The notes under the pieces: generated by a model
Seen by the model: only the letters and a program-made list of their open reading frames with translations
The model's database searches: none
What the model was told of the DNA's origin: nothing
DNA from: a gamma proteobacterium endosymbiont of Trioza apicalis
Lineage (GTDB): Bacteria > Pseudomonadota > Gammaproteobacteria > Enterobacterales > G022558485
Direction: 5' to 3'
Length of the DNA stretch: 64,000 nt
Assembly (NCBI GenBank): GCA_022558485.1
Contig: CP066222.1
Coordinates: forward strand, 154,603 to 218,602
Position numbers and translations under genes: made by a program
In this document: one piece after another, positions 1-10,200 of the stretch
How positions within the stretch are numbered: the stretch's first letter is position 1
Layout: each line of letters begins with the position of its first letter

Positions 1-1241
1 AAAATAAATGGAAAATTACGAGAATAATAACGAAAAAATAAAAATTTTAACCTTGAATCTTTAAAATTAAAATTAGATAAAATAAGTTTTTTAGGTGATA
101 ATTTAGATATTTTTTTTATAAAAAAATTATCATTTTTATTAAAAAAATTTTTATAAAGTTGTGAATCTACATTATTTCCATATTTAAATAAAAATTTTTT
201 AGAAAAAATATTTAATATTTTATTTTTTAAATTTTTATAATTCATCAACCAATTTAAATTTTTAAAACATAAATTAATATCAATATTTAAACGTAAAATA
301 TCTTTATTTCTCAAAAATTTTAAAGGTGTAATTATAGGAAATTTATTAATATGTAAAAAATACAATGGATTTATAATTTTATTATTTAATAAACAATTAT
401 TATTATAAAATTTTTTTTTTAATATATTTATATCTAAATGTTTTAATATTTCAACTTTATCAATTAAATTACAAACAATAAGTATATTTTTATTATATGG
501 ATGCCAAATTATTGGTAATATTATGCCAATATTATTATTTTTAATACCAAAAACAGAAGATATATAAATTAAAGGTTTATTAAAATTTATTAAAGATTTT
601 AATTTATATTTAAAACGATAATTATAAAAATAATTAAAAAGATTAGGTTTAATATTACGTATAAATTTAATTAATGATAATGTTGCATAAACATCAGATA
701 AAGCATCATGAGCATTATTATGTTTAATATCATTAAAAATACTTAAATCTTTTAATTTAAAACTAGTAACACCTCTATTATTTATAGGCCAATTAATACC
801 ATTAGGTCTTAAAATATAACAAGCATATACTATATTTATTACATCCAATCTTGCATTACCATTACTACAATTCCAATAATAAGAATTATAAAAATTACGA
901 TAAAAAAGATTACGAGTAAATTCATCATCAAAATTAATATTATTAAAACCAATTATACATGTGTTAGAAATATTAAATAATTTATAAATCTTAATAGAGA
1001 ATTCACTTTCTATTAAACCAGAATATAATACTTTTTGAGGAGTTATACCATTTATAATAACTGATTCTATTTTAGGAATGTAATCATTAGAAAATTTACA
1101 ATAATAAATTTTAGGTTCACTTATTTGAATAAAATTTTCATCAGTATGTATACAAGCAAATTGAGCAGGACGATCTAAAGCAGTATTAATACCAAATGTT
1201 TCATAATCATATATTATGAATGAAGATACTTTTTTATTCAT
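1..1241 (-). CDS. sbcB: Exodeoxyribonuclease I, partial (N-terminal ~413 codons; 3' end lies beyond the window start)
   Basis: Absent from the ORF track because it runs off the edge. The minus-strand frame is open from ATG (1241-1239) to position 1. Hand translation MNKKVSSFIIYDYETFGINTALDRPAQFACIHTDENF...FDDEFTRNLFYRNFY...NAHDALSDVYATLSLIKF...FFRYYSRNFP matches the E. coli SbcB motifs (HDYETFG, LDRPAQFA, NAHDAxxDVYAT, YRARNFP). Confidence 0.85.
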   Translation of the reverse strand, partial: MNKKVSSFIIYDYETFGINTALDRPAQFACIHTDENFIQISEPKIYYCKFSNDYIPKIESVIINGITPQKVLYSGLIESEFSIKIYKLFNISNTCIIGFNNINFDDEFTRNLFYRNFYNSYYWNCSNGNARLDVINIVYACYILRPNGINWPINNRGVTSFKLKDLSIFNDIKHNNAHDALSDVYATLSLIKFIRNIKPNLFNYFYNYRFKYKLKSLINFNKPLIYISSVFGIKNNNIGIILPIIWHPYNKNILIVCNLIDKVEILKHLDINILKKKFYNNNCLLNNKIINPLYFLHINKFPIITPLKFLRNKDILRLNIDINLCFKNLNWLMNYKNLKNKILNIFSKKFLFKYGNNVDSQLYKNFFNKNDNFFIKKISKLSPKKLILSNFNFKDSRLKFLFFRYYSRNFPFI

Positions 1242-1272
1242 TTAAATAAAATTTAATATATATTAATAATAA

Positions 1273-1346
1273 TCGGCGAGAGAGGATTTGAACCTCTGAC
1301 CAACTAGTCCCAAACCAGTTACGCTACCAAACTGCGCTACTCGCCG
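1273..1346 (-). tRNA. proM: tRNA-Pro (anticodon UGG)
   Basis: Reverse complement reads CGGCGAGTAGCGCAGTTTGGTAGCGTAACTGGTTTGGGACTAGTTGGTCAGAGGTTCAAATCCTCTCTCGCCGA. It forms a cloverleaf with a TTTGGGA anticodon loop and is near-identical in layout to E. coli proM. It is the last gene of an argX-hisR-(leuT)-proM type cluster. Confidence 0.9.
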
Positions 1347-1374
1347 ATATAAAATAAAAATAAAAAATAAATTG

Positions 1375-1448
1375 GGTGATTGATGGGATTCGAACCCATG
1401 ACAACTGGAATCACAATCCAGGACTCTACCAACTGAGCTACAATCACC
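1375..1448 (-). tRNA. hisR: tRNA-His (anticodon GUG) with encoded G-1
   Basis: Reverse complement reads GGTGATTGTAGCTCAGTTGGTAGAGTCCTGGATTGTGATTCCAGTTGTCATGGGTTCGAATCCCATCAATCACCC. The extra 5' G pairs with C73. The anticodon loop is TTGTGAT. Confidence 0.9.
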
Positions 1449-1469
1449 AAAATATATAATATTTATATT

Positions 1470-1542
1470 TACGCCTGACAGGATTCGAACCTGATACCTT
1501 TATCTCCGGAGGATAACGCTCTACCAATTAAGCTGCAGACGT
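1470..1542 (-). tRNA. argX: tRNA-Arg (anticodon CCG)
   Basis: Reverse complement reads ACGTCTGCAGCTTAATTGGTAGAGCGTTATCCTCCGGAGATAAAGGTATCAGGTTCGAATCCTGTCAGGCGTA. The anticodon loop is CTCCGGA. It is the first gene of the Arg-His-Pro cluster, as in the E. coli argX operon. Confidence 0.9.
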
Positions 1543-1658
1543 AAATATTAAACTGTATTTTGTAAAATTAAAATATTAAATATACATTTAGTATAATTAA
1601 ATATTTAAATAAATAATTTTATAATAAAATTAAAATAAAAGCAACTAACAAATCATAT

Positions 1659-2306
1659 TTACATAAAAAATTGTTTTTTTCTATAAATAAATAAATCTTT
1701 AATAGTAATCAAATTAATATTATAAATTTTACTAAATTTTTTTATTTCTAATGTACGAGCCATAGAACCATTATCATTAGTAATTTCACATAAAATTGCT
1801 GTTGATTTTAAACCAGCCATAGTTATTAAATCAACGGCTGCTTCTGTATGTCCTTTTCTTTCTAATATACCGCCAGGTTTGGTACATAAAGGAAATATAT
1901 GACCTGGTTTTTTTAATTTTTTAAAATTTAAATTATCACTTATAGCAGTAAAAATTGTATTTAATCGATCAGTAGAAGAAACACCAGTAGTAACTTTATA
2001 AGATTCTATACTAATAGTAAAACCTGTACGATAACGACTATTATTACTTTTAACCATCATTGGTATTTTTAATTGATAACAATAATCATCTATCAAACAT
2101 AAACATATAATACCACTACCGTATCTTATAGTAAGAGACATTTGATCAATAGTTATTTTTTCTGACGGAAAAATAATATCACTTTCATTTTCACGATTCT
2201 CATTATCAAATACTAAAACACCATGTCCGTAATATAAAGCACGTATTGCATTATTAATTTTATTAATAATATAATTTAATTTATTGAAAATTATTTTATA
2301 ATACAT
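1659..2306 (-). CDS. ribB: 3,4-dihydroxy-2-butanone 4-phosphate synthase (riboflavin pathway)
   Basis: 215-aa ORF with VLVFDNENRENESDIIFPSE, IRYGSGIICLC, KPGHIFPL and RKGHTEAAVDL, the hallmark RibB motifs. The length matches E. coli RibB (217 aa). Confidence 0.9.
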   Translation of the reverse strand: MYYKIIFNKLNYIINKINNAIRALYYGHGVLVFDNENRENESDIIFPSEKITIDQMSLTIRYGSGIICLCLIDDYCYQLKIPMMVKSNNSRYRTGFTISIESYKVTTGVSSTDRLNTIFTAISDNLNFKKLKKPGHIFPLCTKPGGILERKGHTEAAVDLITMAGLKSTAILCEITNDNGSMARTLEIKKFSKIYNINLITIKDLFIYRKKQFFM

Positions 2307-2374
2307 TAAAATTAAAATCCAAATAACATGTAATTTTTTTTATTTTTTAAATAAATTTAAAACTCAATTAAATA

Positions 2375-5227
2375 CTAAGAATAAAAAATTAAATCAAATT
2401 GTTTAAATAATTTTATTTTAATTTTAATATAATTATTTAATTTTATATTTTCTTTATTAACAATAATTAAAGGAGCTTTATTAATAAAATTAAAATTACT
2501 TAACTTAATAATTAAAAAATTAATTTTTATATTAATAAATAATATTTGATTAATCAATCGGAATGATTCATTTTTTATATCAAATAAATGTTTTATAGGA
2601 ATTAATAATTCAGCACCATCGATAAGTTTAACAATAGATAATGGTTTAACGTCATTAGTTGTTAAAAAAATAATTTTTTTAATTTTAGCAAAATTTATAA
2701 TAAAATCATAATATTTATTTACAAAAAAACCTATATTTTTTGTACTATTATATAATATAATATCAAATAATTGAGAAGATTTAATATTCATATCTAAACG
2801 AACAGATCTAATTAAAATAACAAATTTTTTTATCCATTTAAAATAAATAATATCATTATTATAAACTAATAAATTATTATAAACAGGAAAATGTTGAAGC
2901 ATAATTGTTGTATTACTAATTTTAAGTATAGTTTTAACACGTTGCCAAATAGTTTCTGTAATATATGGAATAATTGGATGAGATAAGCGTAATAATAATT
3001 CTAAAATTGTTAAAAGAGTATATTGAGTGCCATATAAATTATTACTAATTTTATTAAAAATTACAAATTTAGATGACTCTAAATACCAATCACAAAATTG
3101 ATTACGAATAAATTCATATAATACATGCACAGCTAAATCAAAACGATATTTATTTAATAATTCACTAAATATTTTAACTATTTTATTAAATTTCAATATA
3201 ATCCAACGATCAGGTAAAAAAAGTAATTTTTTATTAAAATCAGGATCATAAATAAAATTTTTAGTATGAAATAATATAAATCTACTAGCGTTCCATAATT
3301 TATTACAAAAATTACGATAACCTTCAAGTCTATTCATATCCCAATTAATATCACAACCAGGAGAAGCAAGAGAAGCAAGAGTTATACGCAAAGCATCAGC
3401 ACCATAAGATTTAATACCATTTGGAAATTGTTTTATGGTTCGTTTATTAATTTCATTAATTAAATTAGGTTTTAACAAATTTTTATTACGTTTTTTTAAT
3501 AAATTAGTTAATGAAATACCATTAATAATATCCAAAGGATCAATAACATTACCTTTAGATTTAGACATTTTAACACCTTGATCATCAAGAACCAAGCCAG
3601 TTATATAAACATCTTTAAAAGGTATTTGAAATTTACCATTTTTATCTTTAACCAAATAAATAGTTAACATAATCATACGTGCTATCCAAAAAAAAATAAT
3701 ATCAAAACCACTAACAATTAAATCTGTTGGATGAAATGTTTTTAATAAAAAAGTATTATTAGGCCAACCAAGAGAAACAAAAGTCCACAAACTAGAAGAA
3801 AACCAAGTATCTAATACATCACTATCTTGCTTAAGTAAAAAATTACTAGATAAATTATATTTTTTACGTACATCTAATTCATCATAACCTACATAAATTT
3901 TATTATTTATATCATACCAAGCAGGTATTCTATGTCCCCACCATATTTGTCTAGAAATACACCAATCTTGAATATTATTCATCCAATTAAAATAAATTCT
4001 TTCATATTTTTTAGGTATAAATTTAATATAACCCTTTTTTACAACTTCAATTGCTTGATTAACTAATAACTTAGCACGTAAATACCATTGATTAGTCAAC
4101 ATAGGTTCTACTATTGAATTACTACGATCACTGTAAGGTATATTATATTCATATAATTTAACATAAATAAAAATACCATAACGTTTAAATTCATTTATAA
4201 TTAATTTACGAGCATTAAATCTTTCAAGTCCTTGAAAAATATATGGAATTTTGTTACAATAATTATTACTAATATCACCGTTAATATTGAATATTTCAGT
4301 TTTTTTTCTAATATTACCATTAAAATTAAACATATTTATCATTAATAAATTATTAAATTTTCCAATTTTATAATCATTAAAATCATGAGCTGGTGTTAAT
4401 TTTAAACAACCAGAACCTTTTTTTATATTAACATAATTATCACTTATAATAGGTATACGACGACCTATTAAAGGCACATAAACAAAGCATCCTATTAATT
4501 TTTTATAACGTATATCATTTGAATTAACTGCTATAGCAGAATCACCAAATATAGTTTCAGGCCTAGTAGTAGCTATAATTAAATAATTAACATTATTAAA
4601 AATAACACCATCAGATAAAATATAACGCAAATACCATATATAACCTTTACAATTATAGTTTATAATTTCAAGATCAGAAATTGCAGTATTTAATTTAATA
4701 TCCCAATTAACTAAGCATTTTCCACGATAAATAAGATTATCATGGTATAAATTAATAAATGCAATTTTTACAGCATTAGAAAAACCGCGATCCATAGTAA
4801 AACGTTCATTTTCCCAATAAACAGAATTACCTAATCTTTTAATTTGTGAAGTAATAATTTTATTATATTTTCTTTTCCATAATAAAATCTTATCTATCAA
4901 AAAATCACGATTATAATTAAATCTAGTCTTTCCTTCTTCAATAATAATTTTATTCTCAACTACAACCTGAGTAGCAATACCAGCATGATCAGTACCTACT
5001 TGCCATAAAGTATTATTACCTTGCATACGTTTATAACGAATTAAAATATCCATAATTGTTTGTTGAAAAGCATGACCCATATGCAAACTACCAGTAATAT
5101 TAGGCGGAGGCATCATTATACAATAATTACCTAATGTAATATCATTATTTGGTTTAAAATAACCACATTGGTTCCATTCTTGATATAATAATTTTTCTAT
5201 ATATTGAGGATTATAATTTTTATCCAT
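2375..5227 (-). CDS. valS: Valine--tRNA ligase
   Basis: 950-aa ORF. The N-terminus MDKNYNPQYIEKLLYQEWNQCGYFKPN parallels E. coli ValS. It has the class I HIGH-type motif (PPNITGSLHMGHAF) and KMSKS (VKMSKSKGN). Confidence 0.95.
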   Translation of the reverse strand: MDKNYNPQYIEKLLYQEWNQCGYFKPNNDITLGNYCIMMPPPNITGSLHMGHAFQQTIMDILIRYKRMQGNNTLWQVGTDHAGIATQVVVENKIIIEEGKTRFNYNRDFLIDKILLWKRKYNKIITSQIKRLGNSVYWENERFTMDRGFSNAVKIAFINLYHDNLIYRGKCLVNWDIKLNTAISDLEIINYNCKGYIWYLRYILSDGVIFNNVNYLIIATTRPETIFGDSAIAVNSNDIRYKKLIGCFVYVPLIGRRIPIISDNYVNIKKGSGCLKLTPAHDFNDYKIGKFNNLLMINMFNFNGNIRKKTEIFNINGDISNNYCNKIPYIFQGLERFNARKLIINEFKRYGIFIYVKLYEYNIPYSDRSNSIVEPMLTNQWYLRAKLLVNQAIEVVKKGYIKFIPKKYERIYFNWMNNIQDWCISRQIWWGHRIPAWYDINNKIYVGYDELDVRKKYNLSSNFLLKQDSDVLDTWFSSSLWTFVSLGWPNNTFLLKTFHPTDLIVSGFDIIFFWIARMIMLTIYLVKDKNGKFQIPFKDVYITGLVLDDQGVKMSKSKGNVIDPLDIINGISLTNLLKKRNKNLLKPNLINEINKRTIKQFPNGIKSYGADALRITLASLASPGCDINWDMNRLEGYRNFCNKLWNASRFILFHTKNFIYDPDFNKKLLFLPDRWIILKFNKIVKIFSELLNKYRFDLAVHVLYEFIRNQFCDWYLESSKFVIFNKISNNLYGTQYTLLTILELLLRLSHPIIPYITETIWQRVKTILKISNTTIMLQHFPVYNNLLVYNNDIIYFKWIKKFVILIRSVRLDMNIKSSQLFDIILYNSTKNIGFFVNKYYDFIINFAKIKKIIFLTTNDVKPLSIVKLIDGAELLIPIKHLFDIKNESFRLINQILFINIKINFLIIKLSNFNFINKAPLIIVNKENIKLNNYIKIKIKLFKQFDLIFYS

Positions 5228-5267
5228 TGTAAATTTAATAAATATATGTTAAATAATAATAAATTAA

Positions 5268-5643
5268 ATAAAGCTAACCTTTAAGCCGGGTTCTGTCTAG
5301 GACAGTCATTCATCTAGGATAGCATTCACATACTAACTCAAGCGGCTCACCCAAGCTAAAGTACGGGTCATACAATAATAAGCTTTTATTTAGCCTTGCT
5401 CCGAGTGGAGTTTACAATGCCAATAATTGTTACCAATTATTCGGTGAGCTCTTACCACACCATTTCACCCTTACCTTTAATTTATTTTAAATTAATATAA
5501 TTTATGGCGGTTTATTTTCTGTTGCACTAGTCGTGAATTTTCACTCACCCAGGTGTTACCTGGCACTTTTACCCTATGGAGCCCGGACTTTCCTCAACTT
5601 ATTATATAAATTATAATAAAGCAGCGACTGTCTAGTTAACTTT
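5268..5643 (-). ncRNA. rnpB: RNase P RNA (M1 RNA, type A); ends approximate
   Basis: Reverse complement contains the universally conserved blocks AGGAAAGTCCGGGCTCCATAGGG, GTGCCAGGTAACACCTGGG, CGACTAGTGCAACAGAAA, GGTAAGGGTGAAATGGTGTGGTAAGAGC, AAACTCCACTCGGAGCAAGGC and ATCCTAGATGAATGACTGTCCTAGACAGAACCCGGCTTA. These are collinear with E. coli M1 RNA. The region is a conspicuous GC-richer island in an AT-rich spacer. Confidence 0.9.
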
Positions 5644-5685
5644 AAAAAATAAAATAATTATATATTTATTAATAATTTAAAATAT

Positions 5686-7014
5686 TTAAATTTTAAATAA
5701 AACACCATTTAATGTATTTAAATAAACATCTGTAATTTCAACATCAACAATTTGACCTATTATAGATGGTGAAGCTATTAAATAAACTAATCTATTATTT
5801 TCAGTTCTACCATAAAGTTTTTGAGGTTCTTTACGAAATAAACCCTCTATTAAAACTCGCTGAATTGTACCTTTCATTTGAAAACTAAATTGTATAGATT
5901 TTTGCATAATAAGTGATTGTAATAAATAAAGACGAGTTTTTTTTTCTTCTTTACTAACATCATCAATTAAATTAGCAGCTGGAGTACCAGGTCTGTTAGA
6001 ATAAATAAAACTAAAACTCATATCAAAATTAATTTCATTAATAAGATCGATTGTTTTATTAAAATCAGATCTAGTTTCACCAGGAAATCCTATGATAAAA
6101 TCAGAACTTATATGAATATTAGGTCTAACTTTTTTCAAACGACGTATTATTGATTTATATTGAGAAATAGAGTAACCACGTTTCATAACATTAAGAATAT
6201 TATCTGAACCACTTTGAACTGGTAAATGAACAAAGCTAACTAGTTTTGGTATTTCATAATAAACATTAATTAATTCATCTGTAAATTCAGCAGGATGACT
6301 AGTTAAATAACGAATACGTTTAATACCATTTATAGAAGATATTAAATGTAGTAATCTTGAAAAATTACATAAACTACCATTATTAAATAAAACACAATAA
6401 GAATTTACATTCTGACCTAATAAAATTATTTCACATACTCCTTTATTTACTAATTGGATAATCTCAGATAAAATATCATTACATGGTCTACTTATTTCTT
6501 CACCTCTGGTGTAAGGAACAACACAAAAAGTACAATATTTATTACAACCTTCCATTATGGATATATAAGCAATAGGTTTATTAAATGATTTATTATTAAA
6601 ATAATTAAATTTTTCATTTTTTAAAAAGCTAATATCTATTATAGGATTAGTTTTTATATATACATTATTAATCATTTCTGGCAAACGATGAATAGATTGA
6701 GGACCAAAAATAATATTAACATAATTAGCTCTTTTTAAAATAAGTTCACTTTCTTGGGATGCTACACAACCACCAACACCAATAATTAAATTTTTTTTAA
6801 TTTGTTTAAGTAAACGCCACCTACCTAATTGATGAAATAACTTTTCTTGAGCTTTTTCTCTAATAGAACATGTATTAAGTAGAATAATATCAGCATCTTT
6901 AGCGTTATTTATTAATTTAAAATTATTATTTTTAGTTAACAAAATTCCTATTTTAGATGAATCATATTCATTCATCTGACAGCCCCAAGTTTTAATATAT
7001 ATTTTTTTAGTCAT
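5686..7014 (-). CDS. miaB: tRNA-i6A37 methylthiotransferase (radical SAM)
   Basis: 442-aa ORF. The N-terminus [22 protein letters not shown] is nearly identical to E. coli MiaB. The radical-SAM CxxxCxxC motif is present ([13 protein letters not shown]). Confidence 0.95.
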   Translation of the reverse strand: MTKKIYIKTWGCQMNEYDSSKIGILLTKNNNFKLINNAKDADIILLNTCSIREKAQEKLFHQLGRWRLLKQIKKNLIIGVGGCVASQESELILKRANYVNIIFGPQSIHRLPEMINNVYIKTNPIIDISFLKNEKFNYFNNKSFNKPIAYISIMEGCNKYCTFCVVPYTRGEEISRPCNDILSEIIQLVNKGVCEIILLGQNVNSYCVLFNNGSLCNFSRLLHLISSINGIKRIRYLTSHPAEFTDELINVYYEIPKLVSFVHLPVQSGSDNILNVMKRGYSISQYKSIIRRLKKVRPNIHISSDFIIGFPGETRSDFNKTIDLINEINFDMSFSFIYSNRPGTPAANLIDDVSKEEKKTRLYLLQSLIMQKSIQFSFQMKGTIQRVLIEGLFRKEPQKLYGRTENNRLVYLIASPSIIGQIVDVEITDVYLNTLNGVLFKI

Positions 7015-7137
7015 TATAAAATTTAAAAATAAAAGTAAAATTAAATAAATAATTTAATTAATAAAATATTAAAATAATTTTTATTATAAAAATAAGTATT
7101 TAAATTTATTTAAACATATTTTAAGGAATATTAACTT

Positions 7138-7653
7138 ATGAAAAAAATAGGTATTTTTTATGGCAGCGATACAGGTAACACTGAAAATATTGCTAATATT
7201 ATTCATAAAAAAATAGGTTTTAATATAACAGATATTTATGATATATCAAATAGCAATAAAAATAACTTAGAAATATACAATAATTTAATATTAGGTATTC
7301 CAACTTGGTATTATGGAGAAGCTCAATGTGATTGGGAAAATTTTTTTCCAAAACTTAAAAAAATAAATTTTAGTAATAAAACCGTAGCAATTTTTGGTTG
7401 TGGTGATCAAGAAGATTATTCAGAATACTTTTGTGATGCAATGGGATTAATTTATAATATAATAAAACCATTAAAAGCTAAGTTAATTGGTTCATGGTCT
7501 ACAAAAAATTATTATTTTAAAAAATCAAAAGGATTATTAAATAATAATTATTTTGTTGGATTAGCTATAGATGAAGATAGACAACCAGAATTTACTAATG
7601 TAAGAATTAATAATTGGATAGAAAAAATTAAAAAAAAAATGAATTTAAAATAA
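7138..7653 (+). CDS. fldA: Flavodoxin (long-chain)
   Basis: 171-aa ORF with [19 protein letters not shown] (FMN phosphate-binding loop) and [17 protein letters not shown]. An AAGGA Shine-Dalgarno lies 9 nt upstream of the ATG. Confidence 0.9.
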   Translation: MKKIGIFYGSDTGNTENIANIIHKKIGFNITDIYDISNSNKNNLEIYNNLILGIPTWYYGEAQCDWENFFPKLKKINFSNKTVAIFGCGDQEDYSEYFCDAMGLIYNIIKPLKAKLIGSWSTKNYYFKKSKGLLNNNYFVGLAIDEDRQPEFTNVRINNWIEKIKKKMNLK

Positions 7654-7766
7654 TAAAATTAATATATAAAAATAATAAATAAAATATTAAAATAAGCAAT
7701 TAGTGAAATTAAAATAAATAATAATTATTTATATATTTTAAAAATAAAAATGTAATTTTAAATTAT

Positions 7767-9863
7767 TTAAATTTTAATATTTTTAAAAAATTCAATTTTA
7801 TCACCACTTTTAATATTAATATAATTATTTATACAAATACCACACTCCATACCACTAAGAACTTCATTAACACTATCTTTAAATCTACGTAATGATTCAA
7901 TTTCACCTTCATAAATAACTATATTTTTACGTAATATACGTATTTTATTATTACGTTTGATTATACCTTGGGTAACAATGCAACCAAAAGTAATTTTATT
8001 TTTATTTAAATTAAATATATTTCTTATTTCAGCTAAACCTGTAACATCTTTATGATATTTTAATTCTAACTTATTATTTATAATTTTTTTTATATCATCA
8101 ATTAAATGGTAAATTATTGAATAGTGCCAAATCTTTATATTTTTTAAATTAATAATACGCCGAACTGAATTATCAACACATACATTAAAAGCTATTAAAA
8201 TAGAATTTGAATTAATTGCCAACATTACATCAGTTTTATTAATGTTGCCTACACCTGAACTAATAATTTTTATTTTAATTTTATCAGTAGATAATTTATT
8301 TAATAAATCATTAATAGCTTCCATACTACCAAATACATTAGATTTTAATATTATGTTAACATCAGAAAATTTAATTTTATTTATATTATCAAATATATTA
8401 ATAGACTTTATTTGTTTTTTATTACTTAATTTAATTTCTTTAAATTTATTTCTACGATACAATGCTACTTCACGTGCTTTTTTTTCATTATAAACTACTA
8501 TTATCTCATCTCCGGCAATGGGGACACCTGATAAACCAAATATTTCAACTGGTAATGATGGACCAGCTGAATAAATATTTTTCCCGATTTCATTACGTAT
8601 TGCACGTACTTTTCCATATTCTGAACCACATAAAATTACATCTCCCACATTAAGAGTGCCCTCACGTACTAATATAGAAGCAACAGGACCACAACCTTTA
8701 TCTAAATAAGAATCAATTATAACACCACTAGCCATACCATTATATGTAACTTTTAAATCTAAAATTTCTGCTTGTAATATAATAGCTTTTAATAGATTAT
8801 TAATACCTAATCCAGATTTAGCAGATATATTAACAAATTGATTTTGCCCCCCCCAATCTTCAGGAGTAATATTATATTTAATTAATTCATTTTTAACTCT
8901 TTTTATATCAATATCTTTTTTATCTATTTTATTAATTGCAACTATTATAGGTACTTTTGCTAAAGTTGCTTGATTTATTGCCTCAATTGTTTGCAGCTTA
9001 ACACCATCATCAGCAGCAACAACTAAAACAACAATATCTGTAATTTGAGTTCCTCTTAATCTCATAGAGGTAAAAGCAGAATGTCCAGGTGTATCAATAA
9101 ATGTAATTTTTTTTTTATCTATTTCTACATAGTAAGCTCCAATACGTTGAGTAATACTTCCTGGTTCTTTAACTACTAATTTAGTAGATCTAATATAATC
9201 TATTAATGATGTTTTACCATGATCAACGTGACCCATAATAGTAATTATTGGAGCACGATATTTAATAATATTAATATTATTTATATTACGATTTAATATT
9301 ATAGACTTTTCTAATTTATTTTCATAAATTAAATTAACTTTATGACCCATTTTTTCTGCTATTAATTTAGCTGTCTTTTGATCTATAATTTTATCAATAT
9401 TAAATACTTTACCTAAATCTGTAAGTATTTTAATAACTTCAGAGTTTTTAACGGACATTTTATTTGATAATTCATTAATAGAAATGTTTTCACCAATTAT
9501 TACGTTTCTTCTAATAAACTTAACAAATTTTTTAGATTTTTTTTTTATAAAATTATTTACAAAATTTTTATTTTTATTATAATGGTTATTTTTAAAGTTT
9601 GAATGATTTATATTTGTTTTTATATTATTATAATCAAATGTATTAAATTTATAATTATTAATATTATTAACATCTTCAGCAATATCATTCACATTTTTAT
9701 ATAAATTATTTTTACCTAAAGAAAAACCTTTATTTTTTTTTTTAGTTTTGCGTAAATTATCTCCAAATTTATTAATAACTTTATTTTCTTTTTTATATTT
9801 CAATTTAAAATTTTTCTTTTTATTTTGATCTTTTAAAAATATTTTTTTAGATTTAATATTCAT
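7767..9863 (-). CDS. infB: Translation initiation factor IF-2 (shortened, Lys/Asn-rich N-terminal region)
   Basis: 698-aa ORF. G-domain motifs are GHVDHGKTSL, DTPGH and NKID. The C-terminal IF2 domains are conserved. It lies immediately downstream of the initiator tRNA, as in the metY operon. Confidence 0.95.
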   Translation of the reverse strand: MNIKSKKIFLKDQNKKKNFKLKYKKENKVINKFGDNLRKTKKKNKGFSLGKNNLYKNVNDIAEDVNNINNYKFNTFDYNNIKTNINHSNFKNNHYNKNKNFVNNFIKKKSKKFVKFIRRNVIIGENISINELSNKMSVKNSEVIKILTDLGKVFNIDKIIDQKTAKLIAEKMGHKVNLIYENKLEKSIILNRNINNINIIKYRAPIITIMGHVDHGKTSLIDYIRSTKLVVKEPGSITQRIGAYYVEIDKKKITFIDTPGHSAFTSMRLRGTQITDIVVLVVAADDGVKLQTIEAINQATLAKVPIIVAINKIDKKDIDIKRVKNELIKYNITPEDWGGQNQFVNISAKSGLGINNLLKAIILQAEILDLKVTYNGMASGVIIDSYLDKGCGPVASILVREGTLNVGDVILCGSEYGKVRAIRNEIGKNIYSAGPSLPVEIFGLSGVPIAGDEIIVVYNEKKAREVALYRRNKFKEIKLSNKKQIKSINIFDNINKIKFSDVNIILKSNVFGSMEAINDLLNKLSTDKIKIKIISSGVGNINKTDVMLAINSNSILIAFNVCVDNSVRRIINLKNIKIWHYSIIYHLIDDIKKIINNKLELKYHKDVTGLAEIRNIFNLNKNKITFGCIVTQGIIKRNNKIRILRKNIVIYEGEIESLRRFKDSVNEVLSGMECGICINNYINIKSGDKIEFFKNIKI

Positions 9864-9970
9864 AGTAATTTACTTATTAATTAAATAATAAATTTTCTTT
9901 ATTACAAATTTTATTTTAAAATTAAAATATATATATATATTTAAAAAAAAAAAAAAATTTAAAATAAATA

Positions 9971-10044
<74 letters not shown>

Positions 10045-10055
10045 TTAAATAAAAT

Positions 10056-10084
10056 ATTATACATTAATAAATATAAAAAATCAA
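10056..10084 (-). promoter_or_regulatory. Candidate sigma-70 promoter for metY-infB (TTGATT-17 nt-TATAAT)
   Basis: On the minus strand, TTGATT (10084-10079), a 17-nt spacer and a perfect TATAAT (10061-10056). This puts the predicted start a few nt before the mature tRNA 5' end (10044). TATAAT-like hexamers are frequent in this composition, so the call rests on geometry plus the -35 match. Confidence 0.45.
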
Positions 10085-10119
10085 GATATATAATTTATTT
10101 AAAATAATAAAATTTAAAA

Positions 10120-10155
10120 TATTTTAAGTATTTTAAAATATTTTAATTATTTTAA
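10120..10155. repeat. Four helically phased copies of the octamer TATTTTAA
   Basis: Exact TATTTTAA at 10120, 10129, 10139 and 10148 (start-to-start spacing 9, 10, 9 nt). The repeats sit in the divergent metY / rnc control region. Confidence 0.7.
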
Positions 10156-10200
10156 AATATAAATATAAAAATTTAAACATTAAATAAAGAATTTTATAAA

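Noticed and set aside
8242-8653. Track ORFs 8242..8493 and 8462..8653 (+), antisense to infB
   Set aside because: They lie entirely inside the well-supported infB gene on the opposite strand and have no motifs. Long antisense ORFs are an expected by-product of the strong codon and composition bias. The same applies to 10347..10664, 20348..20551, 26024..26377, 26558..26761, 29142..29402, 29961..30167, 37311..37574, 38388..38588, 39023..39289, 40784..41080, 41966..42190, 43951..44196, 46383..46595, 47852..48067, 48310..48537, 57579..57845, 59058..59351 and 61387..61593.
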